Shown here: piece after piece, positions 47,377 to 59,555 of the stretch
Position numbering within the stretch: the first letter of the stretch is position 1
Layout: every line of letters begins with the position of its first letter
Assembly: GCA_965645245.1 (NCBI GenBank)
Contig: OZ287082.1
Span: forward strand, 1,550,001-1,614,000
Direction of reading: 5' to 3'
Origin: Massalongia carnosa
Taxonomy: Eukaryota
DNA: 64,000 bases
Position numbers and translations under genes: made by a program
The notes under the pieces: generated by a model
The model's input: only the letters and a program-made list of their open reading frames with translations
Told to the model about the DNA's origin: nothing
Database searches by the model: none

Positions 47377-49369
47377 ATGTCATTTTGTCATGTCTCCCTC
47401 CTCCTATCCATATCGCATTATCATAATACCTTTCAGAGCTTCCCGCAAGCTACTACAGCCTCACCGCATTCGGACCATGGGAGCACGGAATTTTCAAACC
47501 CGAACAGACATCCGACAGGTGCGTCATGACGAGGAGGTATAGGTTCAAACACGACAAGCCTAGGAGGTGGGGTGCATTCACTCGATGCAGATCTGTACAT
47601 ATACTAACATGCTGTTGCATAGGCTGGAATAATGAAGAGTACTATCGTTACACCGCAGGACGATGGCTCTTCAGCGAAGACGAGCAGCTCTCTTGCCGAT
47701 ACGTGAAATTTAACATGAACGAACTAGTTCGCATTGCTACAGAATCAATCGGCTCAGCATCATGCATAACTGTCAGAAAGCTACCAGAGGGAAACTACAA
47801 CAAGACCTTCCTCCTAACCATGGATGATGGGAATCAAGTCATAGCAAGAGTACCTAATCCTAATGCTGGGCGGCCCCACTTTACAACTGCCAGTGAAGTA
47901 GCTACGATGGACTTCGTGCGTATAACCCCACACTCCCCAAACCATTGGCCAGAGCTTATCCCATATTTACAGGCAAGAAATATCTTGGGAATGCCGGCTC
48001 CGAAAGTCCTTGCGTGGAGTTCCAGAACGACTGGTAGCGTTGGTGCTGAGTTCATCATCATGGAGAAAGTCAGTGGTATAGAACTAAGCCACAAATGGCC
48101 TGAATTGAGTGGCGACGATAAATACTCGTTGATACAAGCAGTGATTGGATTTGAACGGATGTTGACGTCAGTCTCCTTTATAAAGCTTGGTAGCCTTTAC
48201 TATGCAGAGGACGTAATCGACTCTGCCTCTCAGGATGTGTTATACGTGAAAGAGCAGGAAGGAGAGGTACGGAGTTCTAAGTTCGCTGTGGGACCTACCA
48301 CCGATAGAAAGTTCTTTGATGATGGACGAGGAGCCGTGGAAGTGGATAGGGGACCATGTATGGAACCGCCCCCCCTGTTCCTCTTACGGTCAATACTAAT
48401 CAATTTTCAACCCTAGGGTGCACCACCGAAGAGTACGTTACCGCCATAGGCCGTCGCGAGATTGATTGCATCCGGGGGGTTGAAAATTACCCTAGGCCGG
48501 AAGGCCTTTTCTACGGCCCAGGATCCTATCAACCTAGTCCTACATCTAAGCTTTCAGTATTGCTTGATTACCTTCAAGTAGCCCAATACCTCCTGCCTTC
48601 GGACTTATCTGTGTTATCCTCCACCATGTGGCATAGCGACTTACATTTGGACAACATATTCGTAAACCCGGAGAGGCCAACCGAGATAGTCGGCATTATC
48701 GACTGGCAATCGGTTAATCTCGGACCACTATTCCTCCAGGCCTGCCATCCTGCGTTCATCGAATTTGAAGGGCCCAAGCCTGAGGGCTTGCAGCTCCCTT
48801 CTCTTCCGGAAAACTTCAATGAGCTAAGCGCAGCAGAGCAGAAAACCGTTAAAAGTCTTCAATCCGAGCAGGCACTCTTCAAACTGTATGAGATCGAATC
48901 TGCCCTAAAGAATAAGCGGGTATATCGTGCTCTGCGGTATCAAGATACTCTAGGTTGTCAGATTATCTCGCTTGTTGGTCACCTTCTCAACGACGGTGAG
49001 CCGGTTGTCAAAGGGCAACTCATGCAGCTGGAACGGGAATGGAGTAAACTTGTTGGCCTAGATGGTCCAAATTGCCCATTAAAGTTCTCTCTCGATGACA
49101 TAGCTGCTCAGAGGGATGACGAGCTGAAGTGGGGTAAAGGTATTGTCCTAATGGACGACGTGCTAAAATCACTGGGGGGCGCTCAGCGGGGATGGAATGG
49201 CTGGGTCAAACATGAAGATTATGACGTTATGAAAGAGAAATTGCGGGCCGTCTATGAACAATTCCTAGATTATATGGCGAACGGCGACGACGAGAGGGCC
49301 TCGTGGAGCGAGGCATGGCCTTTTGGGGACTCCCTTCCTAAAACGTTATGTAATGTAAGGGAACACTGA
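47377..49369 (+). CDS. APH-family phosphotransferase / AIM9-like kinase-fold protein (3 introns)
   Basis: YRYTAGRWL, KLPEGNYNK, ASEVATMDF, EFIIMEKV, WHSDLHLDNIFV and IIDWQ. Introns 47519-47622, 47916-47972 and 48358-48416 give a continuous frame. First exon less certain. Confidence 0.88.
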
Positions 49370-49489
49370 AAGTAGAGAATTAAGGCATTCAACCATATTC
49401 ACTAGGCAAGTAGTGCATGCGACATCTATCAAAAGGCAGTATAGTAGATAAAGGATAGAACGCTTGCTTTTGTTGTATTGTTGATTGAA

Positions 49490-49545
49490 TAGAATGATTG
49501 AAATGTTGGTGGGGTGCGGGGCCGCAGACTTTTGGCCTAGTACTG
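49490..49545 (+). mobile_element. Isolated 3' end of the Tc1 family
   Basis: AATGATTGAAATGTTGGTGGGGTGCGGGGCCGCAGACTTTTGGCCTAGTACTG+TA, near-identical to 21451-21503. Confidence 0.85.
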
Positions 49546-50345
49546 TAGCTAGCGGCAGATGCTCTGTCACTTCATGACAGAAAACACGATTGCTTATCCT
49601 TTCTCTCTGTAAGGATAATCTCTAGACCCATCTATTCGGCTTTGTCCCTCGCCTTTGTCGTTTTCGAGAAGGTGACTTGTTTATTAAGTCGGTCAATTGC
49701 TGAGTTAAATAGGTAGGTAATAGTATGTGTTTGAAGAATTGATTGTTCTATCTAGGTGGCTATCTACTATGTTTATATAGCTAGATAGATGAGAGATGAG
49801 TAAGATAGAGAGCAGGCACAGCGGCAGGGCAGGTTTGCCTTGAATCTCCCTGCCGTAATACCTCATTAGCTAGCCGTGTGCGGATCACCTGAGACGTTAT
49901 TCCCAAGCCGTTATGTTGCCGTCTAACAAGAAGAAGGAGGACCTAGACGAGGATGAGGAGGAGGTGGAGGAGGGGAAGGAGGAGGAGGCCAATCAGGAGG
50001 ACGAGGAGGACGAGGAGCATGATACGGAAGACAGTAGCTGTTGAGGAAATTGATTTTTATGAATTATATTCAATACTAGACTGTCGAAACAATGCACCTG
50101 CATCATGTGAAACATCTTCACTTATAGCCTGCAGTGCTATGAAAATATAGCTTCACTTTGTAGGTATAATAGCATGATTGTCATTGAAGGTGTGGATTAT
50201 ATGTGAGCTATCTACTCATTATATAACATTCACATTGAAGACTTTCCGGCGACCCCCTTTCATAGGGAGTCAGCTGGTCCGCTGATTCTCGGTCTCCGGA
50301 GGTCACTTCGGCCCCCGTGGAAGGAGCACCGAAGATAGGCACTAT

Positions 50346-51345
50346 ATGGATGCCCATGATGGTATTCTAACAGTTCTTACCATCTAACACTTACCATCTA
50401 ACAGTTCTTATCATTAATAACTAGTTGAATGTTAGATGTTAGTCCTTACCATCTAACAAGTGCATCATCTAAAAATCTCCCAAATCCACCAGTTTTCTCT
50501 GTATATGAATCAATTAAACTGCTGTGACGTTTAATCCAGGCCTTTAGAATAGTGAATGAAGTCTCGTCTCTATTGGATTAAAATCGGGTGAATACGGAGG
50601 CAAATGAACCAGCAAAACATTTGCATCCTGACACATGATCCTCAATTCCTCACTCCAATGTTTAGAGGCATTATCCTTAATCAAAACCAAACGAGAACCA
50701 TTACCTCCAGCGCAGTATGCGAGCCTGACGAATTCATTCAAAATATCTGATGTTATAGAGCCATGATGCACCTCCCAAGCTATGAAACCGTCGATGATGA
50801 ACGCTGGTAATATACTCCATCTCTTAGAACGTTTGAGCGCTTGAATCATAGTCGGTTGATTCCTGGTGCGGCCCATCCATATCGACGATCACCTAAAGTA
50901 ATAACAATTAGCAAAGAAACTGAAGTTCTTCAAATAGTACTGACCAGTACACTCGCATGCAGCGCTTTCGTCCAGAAATATCAACTGATCAGCCCTTCAT
51001 CCTCTCAGTCTAATCATCCACTCATCACGCAAAGATAGTTGCGTTATTGTGCTATACGAATGGCCATCTTTCGATTCCAGGCCATCTGCTTCAGAGTTCG
51101 AGAAACCGTAGACTCGCTCACCAAGACGTCGAATTCATCATACAAAAATCCGCACATCTCGTCCAAATAAGAGATAGGTCTCTGATCCAGATACACGAGT
51201 AGTTGATCGATTTGTTGTTGATTCAGTTTCTTGCGCCGGCCAGCAGCAAGCTGAGGTTTTGCAACCTCATTGAACCGTTCTCAATTACGTCTCATCTTAC
51301 GTAGTTGTCTGATGCTGACACCAGTAGCAGTTATGATCGTGATAT
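50346..51345 (-). mobile_element. Tc1/IS630-like (DDE_3) transposon remnant
   Basis: YLDEMCGFLYDEFDV, FLDESA, KDNASKH and LPPYSPDFNPIE; ACCATCTAACA repeats near the end; 5' end missing. Confidence 0.8.
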
Positions 51346-54227
51346 CCTCATAATATCCTCATGATGTCGCTAAGCGTGAGGGGCTGGCCATGCGACCTTA
51401 CCCCAAGATCAATCTTATTTCCCATACCGAACATAGAAAGAAATTCCTCGGGGTGTGTGAAAACGTGGAGGTTGATATTGGCGGAGTAGCGTCGCTTAAC
51501 CACATATTTGTCATTGATGCTGCGGACCATCAACTAGTGCTAGGACAACCTTATCTTCACCAGATGCGTGTAGGCTTGGACTACCGTAACAACGAGGTAG
51601 AATGCACCATACATGCTGAAGATGGGAAACGAACTGCTAAGTTCACAGCGACTTCCGATCCTGGTAGCAAACTCCATACAGCAGAGGACCTGTTTCCGGA
51701 GGACCGAGACGAGACTTTAAACTAGCTAGCCACCATGTGCAGAACAGGTCCATGGCTGGTAGCAGTAATAAAAACCTGGAGAGAGCGAAAGTGTCGAGTT
51801 TTAGGGTTGGACTATCGGAGAATAAATATTCCATTCCATTTAACAGGCCCGGCCTGTTAAATCAAATAGCCCTAACTCCTACAGCGACTAGTGCGGAAGA
51901 GACAGCGATGGACCACTATATGCGCGCCTTCACACCGTGGCGTTCAACTGGCTCGGTCGGACTTTCGGCTCTGAGGTTTTCTCGAAATTTCGACGTGTAC
52001 ACGATCTATCAGAACAGGGTGTTCGGGCGACGGAGTAATGTGAGAGTTGATACGGCATATAAACGGAAGGCATTCAAGGTTCGACCAGTGAATTCTGACC
52101 AGTCGGATGGCACCATACCTGGTGGAATAGCAGATTGGAAAGCGAAGGCGCTAGAGAAAGAGAGAGGTCTACCAAAGTTGGAAAAGTTTCCTGATTGGCT
52201 AATTCCAAAGTTCTCGACAATATTCAAAGGTTCACGATTGACACCGGAACGGCTGCAGCGAGTGACAGTGGGCGACAATATGACGTCTGCCGAGAAAGAA
52301 GTGTTGACCCAGATGTTATACAACCGAGAAGCAGCGCTGTCATGGGAGTTTTCCGATGGGCAGAGTCAAACCTGAGGTGTCTCCATCATGTAAAATCAAT
52401 ACCATTCCACACGAAGCATGACAGACCCCATCATTCCCATAGCCAAGGGCTCTGGTACCGATGGTGATAGAGATGCTGAAGGACCGACTGCAGCGAGGAA
52501 CGTTGAAATCTTGTCATGGTCCCTATCGAAATCCATGGTTCATAGTGAAGAAGAAAGAGAAAAATAAGTACCGATTAATTAATGCGGCCCTAGACATGAA
52601 CAAAGTGACCATCCGAGACGCAAATCTGCCACCTTCGGTAGACGAATTCTCAGAGGACTTTGCTGGCTGCCACATCACTTCCTTGATCGACTTGTTTTCA
52701 GGATATGACCAAATGGAACTCGATGTTCATAGTCGAGACATGGCCGCCTTCATGACACCAATAGGACTATTGCGAATGACATCTATACCAATGGGAGCTA
52801 CCAATTCGGTTGCACAGTTCGTACGGGTAGTGACAAAGATACTGCAGGACCACATTCCGAACCGTGCTAAACCTTTCCTTGATGACATCGGAGTGAAGAG
52901 GCCGAAGACAGACTATGGTGGTGAAGAAGTGGCACCGGGCGTCAGAAAGTAGGTGATTGAACATCTCATGTGGCTAGATGGGGTACTCGCGGACATAGAA
53001 AGGGTTGGATGCACTATCTCCGGAGAAAAGTCGCAATTTTGCATGGCCGGTCTGAAGATAGTAGGATTTGTGACGGACTACGATGGTAGACATCCGGACA
53101 CCGCTAAGGTCATCAAAATTCTAGAGTGGCCGATATGCACCGACGCTTCTTCCGCTCGTGCTTTTATAGGTGTGTGTGTGTACTATCGCATATGGATATT
53201 GGACTTTGCCATTGTTGCTGAACCAATATATCGTCTGCTGAAGAAAGATGCTGCTTTTGTATGGAACAAACTGAGGCAATGGCCTTGCTGAAGATAACTC
53301 TGACATCTCCGCCAGCACTGAAGACAATTGACTATAGCGAGCTAGCTGGACTTATCATATTGGCTGTGGATGCGAGTTTGAAGGGATAGGGCGCTGTACT
53401 GATGCAAATCTTTGATGGCAAGTCACCCCATTCGGTTCGAAAGCGGAGTATGGAGCGAGGTGAAACAGCGATATGATGCAACCAAGCGAGAGTGTCGAGG
53501 CGTTCTGAAGGCATTGAAAAAGACAAGGCACTGGCTATATGGAGTTCACTTTGTGTTGGAGACAGACGCCAACGTCATAGTGGCGCAATTGAATGGAGCT
53601 TGTACCGATTTGCCTGGTGCGCTGATAGTCCGATGGATAGCATGGATACGACTGTTTGACTTCGAGGTCAAACATGTTGCTGGCCGAAAACATACGGCAG
53701 CAGATGGACTGTCTAGACGACCTCATACTGAGGAAGAAATTCGGGCCGAACAGCAGGAGCAAGACATAGACGACTTCATAGATGCCGAACTGAATTCACT
53801 AAGGGCCTGTCCAATTTCCGTTAACTCCGCAGACGAGTTGCCAGACGAAAAAGTGCTAAAGGCCGGATATAGTGATAACTAAGTCCGAGAGAATCGCTGC
53901 ATTTCTACAAAAGCCAGTTGGACTAAACCGCAAAGAGTTTAGGGCGTTTAAGAGCGAGGCCTTGCGCTATCGAGTACATCTTTATAGACGAAACAGCAAG
54001 AACGTACCTTCAAGGCGAGTGATAGACTCCGATGAGCGGAAGTTGGAAATATTGAAACTGCTACATGACGAAAGTGGACATAGAGGCAGAGAGGGCACAT
54101 AGCAGACAGGTACTGGTGGGAACAATTGCACGATGATGTAAAAGGCCATGTTCGGTCCTGCGAGGAATGTCAGAAACGTGACCCCACTAGGCTCGAGGAA
54201 GCACTTCATCCGACATGGGTTACCTTC
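51346..54227 (+). pseudogene. pol: Decayed Ty3/Gypsy pol of a different clade (Ylt1-like), no LTRs in view
   Basis: LVLGQPY, GPYRNPWF, DLFSGYDQ, PMGATNS, FLDD, VDASLKG, YDATKREC and LHDESGH..C..C. Confidence 0.88.
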
Positions 54228-57200
54228 TATTGAGCTTGATTTATTGATCTAAGCTCTTGGTGATTGGAGAATGATTTACGTTTTAGATAGACACTTGGAA
54301 TTGACGTGATGATTGGCATTGAAAGGATTTTCCCCCATTCTCTCCGTCACTAAGTTTCTTGGAATGTTGGGATTCGGTTGATAGATTACCGTATCCGAGC
54401 TACATATCGCTTACTGCTTGAACACTAAATTGGCTGACACATCCCCTTGATGAAGATTTTCTCCTTCAGTTGAATCTTCATCATTTCCTGTCAAATGTCA
54501 GCTATACTGGCATTAACCAACATTGGTCAACGGGCCCGTCACATGCCCGTCACATGACATTGCCACCGCGGCACAGGTAAAAATTCTTCATCCCCCACAT
54601 TCTTTCTTCCTTCGGAGACATCTCTTGATCTATCCCCTGGCGGCATACCTAGCTAGAAAATCATCTATAGATCAATGCCATTCATTTCACCTCATCTGGT
54701 CAAGACGTAAATCATCTCAACTAATCATCAGGGCAAAAAGCCTCAGATTTCCTTTCTTGTATCCTAGGCCTAATAGCCTGATGAATTGCTTTTGACGTTG
54801 GGGGGGTAATGACTTTGTTAGTCCATCAGCTAGAATGTTATTTGTTGAAACCCATTCTATACCGATTTTTCCCCTAGATATTTCCTGGCGGCGCCAATGC
54901 TTGTGAATATCTACATGCCTAAGCTTGGTAATAAGGCGTTTAGTGGTTAGGGCTCGAATGGTTTGACGGTTATTGCATTGAATACTAGTTGGATGATCGA
55001 GGTGGAAATTTATTCATTGAAAAAAGCGAGTCCACCATATCAATTCTTTCCCTGCGGCTGATATGGCTAGCAATTCGGCCTCGGTTGAGCTAGTTGTGAC
55101 TTTACGCTACTTAGAGGCCTTTCAATCGATCATTCCATTGAATTGTTTGAATGCATAGCCTTGAGAGCTATATCTAGGGCTTGAATCATCTGCGAAGGAT
55201 GCATCGCTACTGGCCAAGAATATCTCTCGTGAATAAGTAGCCTGTGTGTTGATCAAAGTTGCTAGATGCCTAATATGGGCTAGATATTTAAGGGTACGGT
55301 TGACGCAATCCATATGATGTTTGGATGGGTTGGTAAGAAATTCCGATAATTCGGAAGCTGCTTGGGCCACATCGGGCCCAGTGATGACTGCGGCAAAATT
55401 CAATGATCCTACCGGCTGTTGATAGGAGTGAATTGCTTGAGCTGTTGCCATGGAAATATTTTTGATTAATTCTTCTAGTGGTAGTGGCGATTGTGTTGAA
55501 CGCTTGGTGAGGTCCAAGTTGATGTTGAACTTGGCTATTAGCTTGTCAATGTATGAATCTTGGCATAGCCATAGCTGACGAATATTCCTATCCCTGATGA
55601 TGTGAATTCCTAAACCATTCCAATTGACCTAAGAATCGCATTTCGTACTTCTGAAATAGTAGAGCTTGAAACTGATCCACTTGCTTGGTGTAGCGGCGAT
55701 CATATAATATGACGATATCATCCACGAAGAAGAATAGCAAGATATGGGTATCTTGACAAATGAAAAGCCAGTCCAACCCCGGGACGAGTTCAAGATTCAT
55801 CTCGATTAGGACTTTTGATAGATTTTGGTACCATAGGGCCGGTGATTCCTTAAGACTGTATAGTGCTCGCAATAGGAGTAGTAGAATATTGACTTTTTCT
55901 GATCCAGGCCACCCCTCGGGCAATTTACAATAGGTAGGTTCATCAATAGGACTATTTGAAAATGCATTGACGACGTCGTATTGGCGTGTTTCAAGGTCAA
56001 ATGCGGCTAGTATAGCCATTAGCGCTCAAAAAATCCGTGCGGCCAAGGTGGCTGCAAAGGTATCTTGCTCGGTACGTTGAAGATCACCCCTAGCACATAG
56101 TCTTGATTTGTATTTGACTAAACACCCCTTTTCATCGAGTTTGTACTTGAACATCCACATGGTTGGAATAGGTGTTTTCCCTGCTATTGTTCCTGCATTG
56201 ATGTTGACCTCGGTCCAGGTGTTCTTTGCAACAAGCGCCTGAATTTCCATCTGCATGGCTAATTTGAAGCCCTCTGCATGCGGATGCTTTAGCATTTGAC
56301 GATAGTTTTCAGGTTCAATAGGTAAGCTATCTCTATGAAAGCAAGTGCTTTGAGTCGGGGTATGGTCCTTTTTATGCTCTTGATTGGAGATGTAGTAGGA
56401 ACTTGCCATGATATTGGCCGAGAATGCAGCGTGATATGAATTCAACTCGCCATTCTTGGCTTGTGTTAAGGCGGTTGAATAGGCTTCATAGCGTCTATTG
56501 CGATTGCGACCTCTTTCCATCCCCTCAGGTAAGATATTATCCGTATCGACACTTGAATTGATATCCCTTGATGCTTTTCTAGACTTGTTACTCTTTGCGG
56601 TGATTGATTCTGATGAATTTAGATCATGAATTGATGAGTTTGGGCTTGGTGAGCTGATAATGGAGGGACTCGGTGTTAATAGGTAAGTGTCGTCTGATGA
56701 AATTTCGGCAGCATTTCCGTATCCAGAATTTTTGTCCAGAATTATTTCCTCCATATTTTCTTCCATGCCTTGTATGTTTTCCCTCATGCCAATTCCCCTT
56801 TCCTCCTCTTCATCATCCGATCCTATTTCAGTGATAAGGGTGATGGGATCCAGATCATGAAGCTCATAGGTAATTTCAAGCATAGGTTCGTTGACAGCTT
56901 GTAGTAGGTCAATATCGTGTGCATCATAGTAGGTGTTCTCATTAAACATCACATCCCTCGTACGAATTACTTTTTTTGACTTGGTATCCATACTCGAAAG
57001 ATATACCCTACTAGATGACCGATATGTGCTCATTCTTGAAGCTTTTGCTTCTTTGGTAGCTGCTTGTTTAGTGTGTATACTTTATATCCATAGTAGTGGA
57101 GATGGCTGAGATCGGGCGGGTTTCCTATGACTAGCTCGTAAAGTGTTTTCCATTGGTGCTTCTTCATTTGTGTGCGATTAGCTATATATCCTGCGGTGCG

Positions 57201-59555
57201 CACGATCTCCGGCCATAGGAAAATTGGTAGTCCCGCGTCAATTCTCATTGCCCTTGCTTTCATGGCTAAAATTCCCCCTTTTCTCTCAGAGTGGCCGTTT
57301 TGCTCCGGTGTGTCGGGTGTTGATGATTCATAGGTGATGCCCTTTTCAAGAAGCAAGTCGCTGAAATTATTGCCCAATGACCGTTCTCCATCTGACCGAA
57401 TAAACACTACCTCAACCTTGAAGCGAGTCTCAATAAGATTGATTGTCTCCTTGCATATTTTCGATGCATCCCCTTTGCGTGGGTGGGTAAATACCATATT
57501 AAAATCGGTCGCATAGCAATCAAAGTGTGAAACCCATTCATCTTTATTCATCGCGGTGTTGAGCTGCATTAAATCATAAGTGATGTGCTTTGGATAAAGC
57601 GCAAGGTTCGCACTCGTTGGTTTTGGGGACTTTTCCTTCTGCTTCTTCTGATATTTTGACTCCCCTAGTAGATGACTCGGGATGTTGAGTAGATTCATCC
57701 GAGGCATGGGCTAGCATCTGATGCCATTTGTATGCTGTTGCGGTTTTATTGATAGCTATCTTTGGTTTCTGTTGCACTAGGAAAGCTGATGCTTGATCTG
57801 ATGATGTGTTGTCCTCTAGCAAATAATGGCCGTTATAACGCTTTACATAAGCAACCGTTTTCCCTTCCATGGAGGTGATTCTTCCAATTATCAAAGTAAA
57901 GGCCTTTCACATAGAGCAAGTCCTGAGAAACTAGGTTGGTCATGAAGTTGGATACATAGGCTACATTTAGAAGTGTGATGCTTGGAGGTCCGGTAGGAGT
58001 TGATACGGTGATTTTGACCGTACCATAGCTTTCTATTGCTAGGCGTTGGGTGCCCGCAGTTAGATACTCTCTCATTGATTTCCTTTCCTGTGTATAGCGC
58101 GATTTCATGGTGTTGTTGCACACATGGATATTAGACCCGTTATTCAATATCCATGAGCTCTTGATTTTGTAGCTATCTGCCGAGAATGATGACGATGTTT
58201 TAGTAGATGTAAAAGCGCCTAACCCCTTCTCAGTAGTGTTGGTGTTGGTGTAGGTGGTTTTAGTGCCTTTTGATTGTTGTATTTCCTTTGATCGTTGAAG
58301 GGATTTTTCCACCTTAGCTTTCAACTGCTGGTCTTTCATTGCTTCATCAATCTGACTTTGAATTTGGGTTCTGGAAGTCCAATTTGAGGGCCGCTTCTCT
58401 GGTACTAAATAGTAGCAGTCATTGTACCAATGAACGGACCCACAAAGACATTTGGGAGGCGTTTTTTGCCCATTAAATGTCGCTCCCTGTCCTTCTTTTT
58501 CTCGGTTGCAAAAGCTGAATGCGTGTTGCTATTCTTATTTTTTTGCGTTTGATGCAGGCGAACATATTTGCGAAAGCTCTCAATTAGCGGGTGGAAATCT
58601 TTCTCTTCCTTGCTGTCCAAAGTAATCAGATGGGCGTTGGCAAATGAAGGTTCGGTGGGAAGAACGGCCATTATAAAATCATGAATAGGCCGTGTTTCCA
58701 TCATTTCCCCAACTCCATATGCCTTGCCATCGGTGTAGACTGTTTGCCATTCTTCTACCATGTTTCTATATCCTGCTTGCCTGATCCCTTGCATAACCTG
58801 TGATATTTGTTCTCGACCCCTATGCAGCGTGCTGAGTCGCTCGGTGCTAAGCGGATTTTCAGTGCTCGAAGCTGGTTCCATGGATGAGGCTCTTCTTTCT
58901 GAATTTAGGTGGCATTTTGGACTGTGATGGTATCTTGAATGAAGGTATTAAGGTCGGCAAATGCCTTTTGCTGCTTTTCGTACTTGGCCAGCTGGATTTT
59001 GTAGATGTGGGTTTGTGCCTTGTATACTTCGTAGGCTCTTGGGTCAAAATTTGCGGCGTCTGTTGATAAGATGAACACCGGTTCCGTTGGCGATTGAATG
59101 CTTATTGGCTTGATAAGGATTTCTGGATTCACTAGGTCCCAAATTCCGCTGTTTGTGGCCCGTGATCGGACGAAGGAAAACCAGGTGTCCCAATCGGCTG
59201 CTTGCCTAGGACTATCTTTCGCGTGGTACTCATGTTGATTTTTGATTTGATGACTTGATTTTTGATTTTGATGACTTGATGATTATTTGATGCAAGATGA
59301 TGTAAACTTACAAGGTAAGGTGCAAGTTACAAAATGCAGGCTGATTCTTTCTTCTAAAACGATGGATGTGCTTCCGGGCTCATAACTATTGAGCTTTATT
59401 TATTGATCTAAGCTCTTGATGATTGGGAAATGATTTACGTTTTAGATAGACACTTGGAATTGAGGTGATGATTGCTTGCATTGAAAGGATTCCCCATTAT
59501 CCCAGTTATTGAGTTTCTTGGAATGCTGGGATTCGGTTAATAGATTTGGCTGACA
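54228..59555 (-). mobile_element. Ty1/Copia LTR retrotransposon, decayed
   Basis: LTRs 59387-59555 and 54228-54439; PBS GTTATGAGCCC; PPT AAGGGGATG. Order is gag, PR (WILNNGS), WHQMLAH..CEPC, INT (RSDGE..QNGHSE), RT (FFVDD), RNase H (SDASFAD, STEAE). TSD imperfect (CCTTC/CCTAA). Confidence 0.93.

Noticed and set aside
47300..49545. Pack-Tc1 capture of the phosphotransferase
   Set aside because: Only a 3' TIR is present; no matching 5' TIR was found upstream of the gene.
49953..50150. Protamine-like Arg-rich ORF
   Set aside because: Off-frame reading of a GAG-rich tract that reads as an acidic tail (EDEEEVEE..SSC*) of an unidentified relic.
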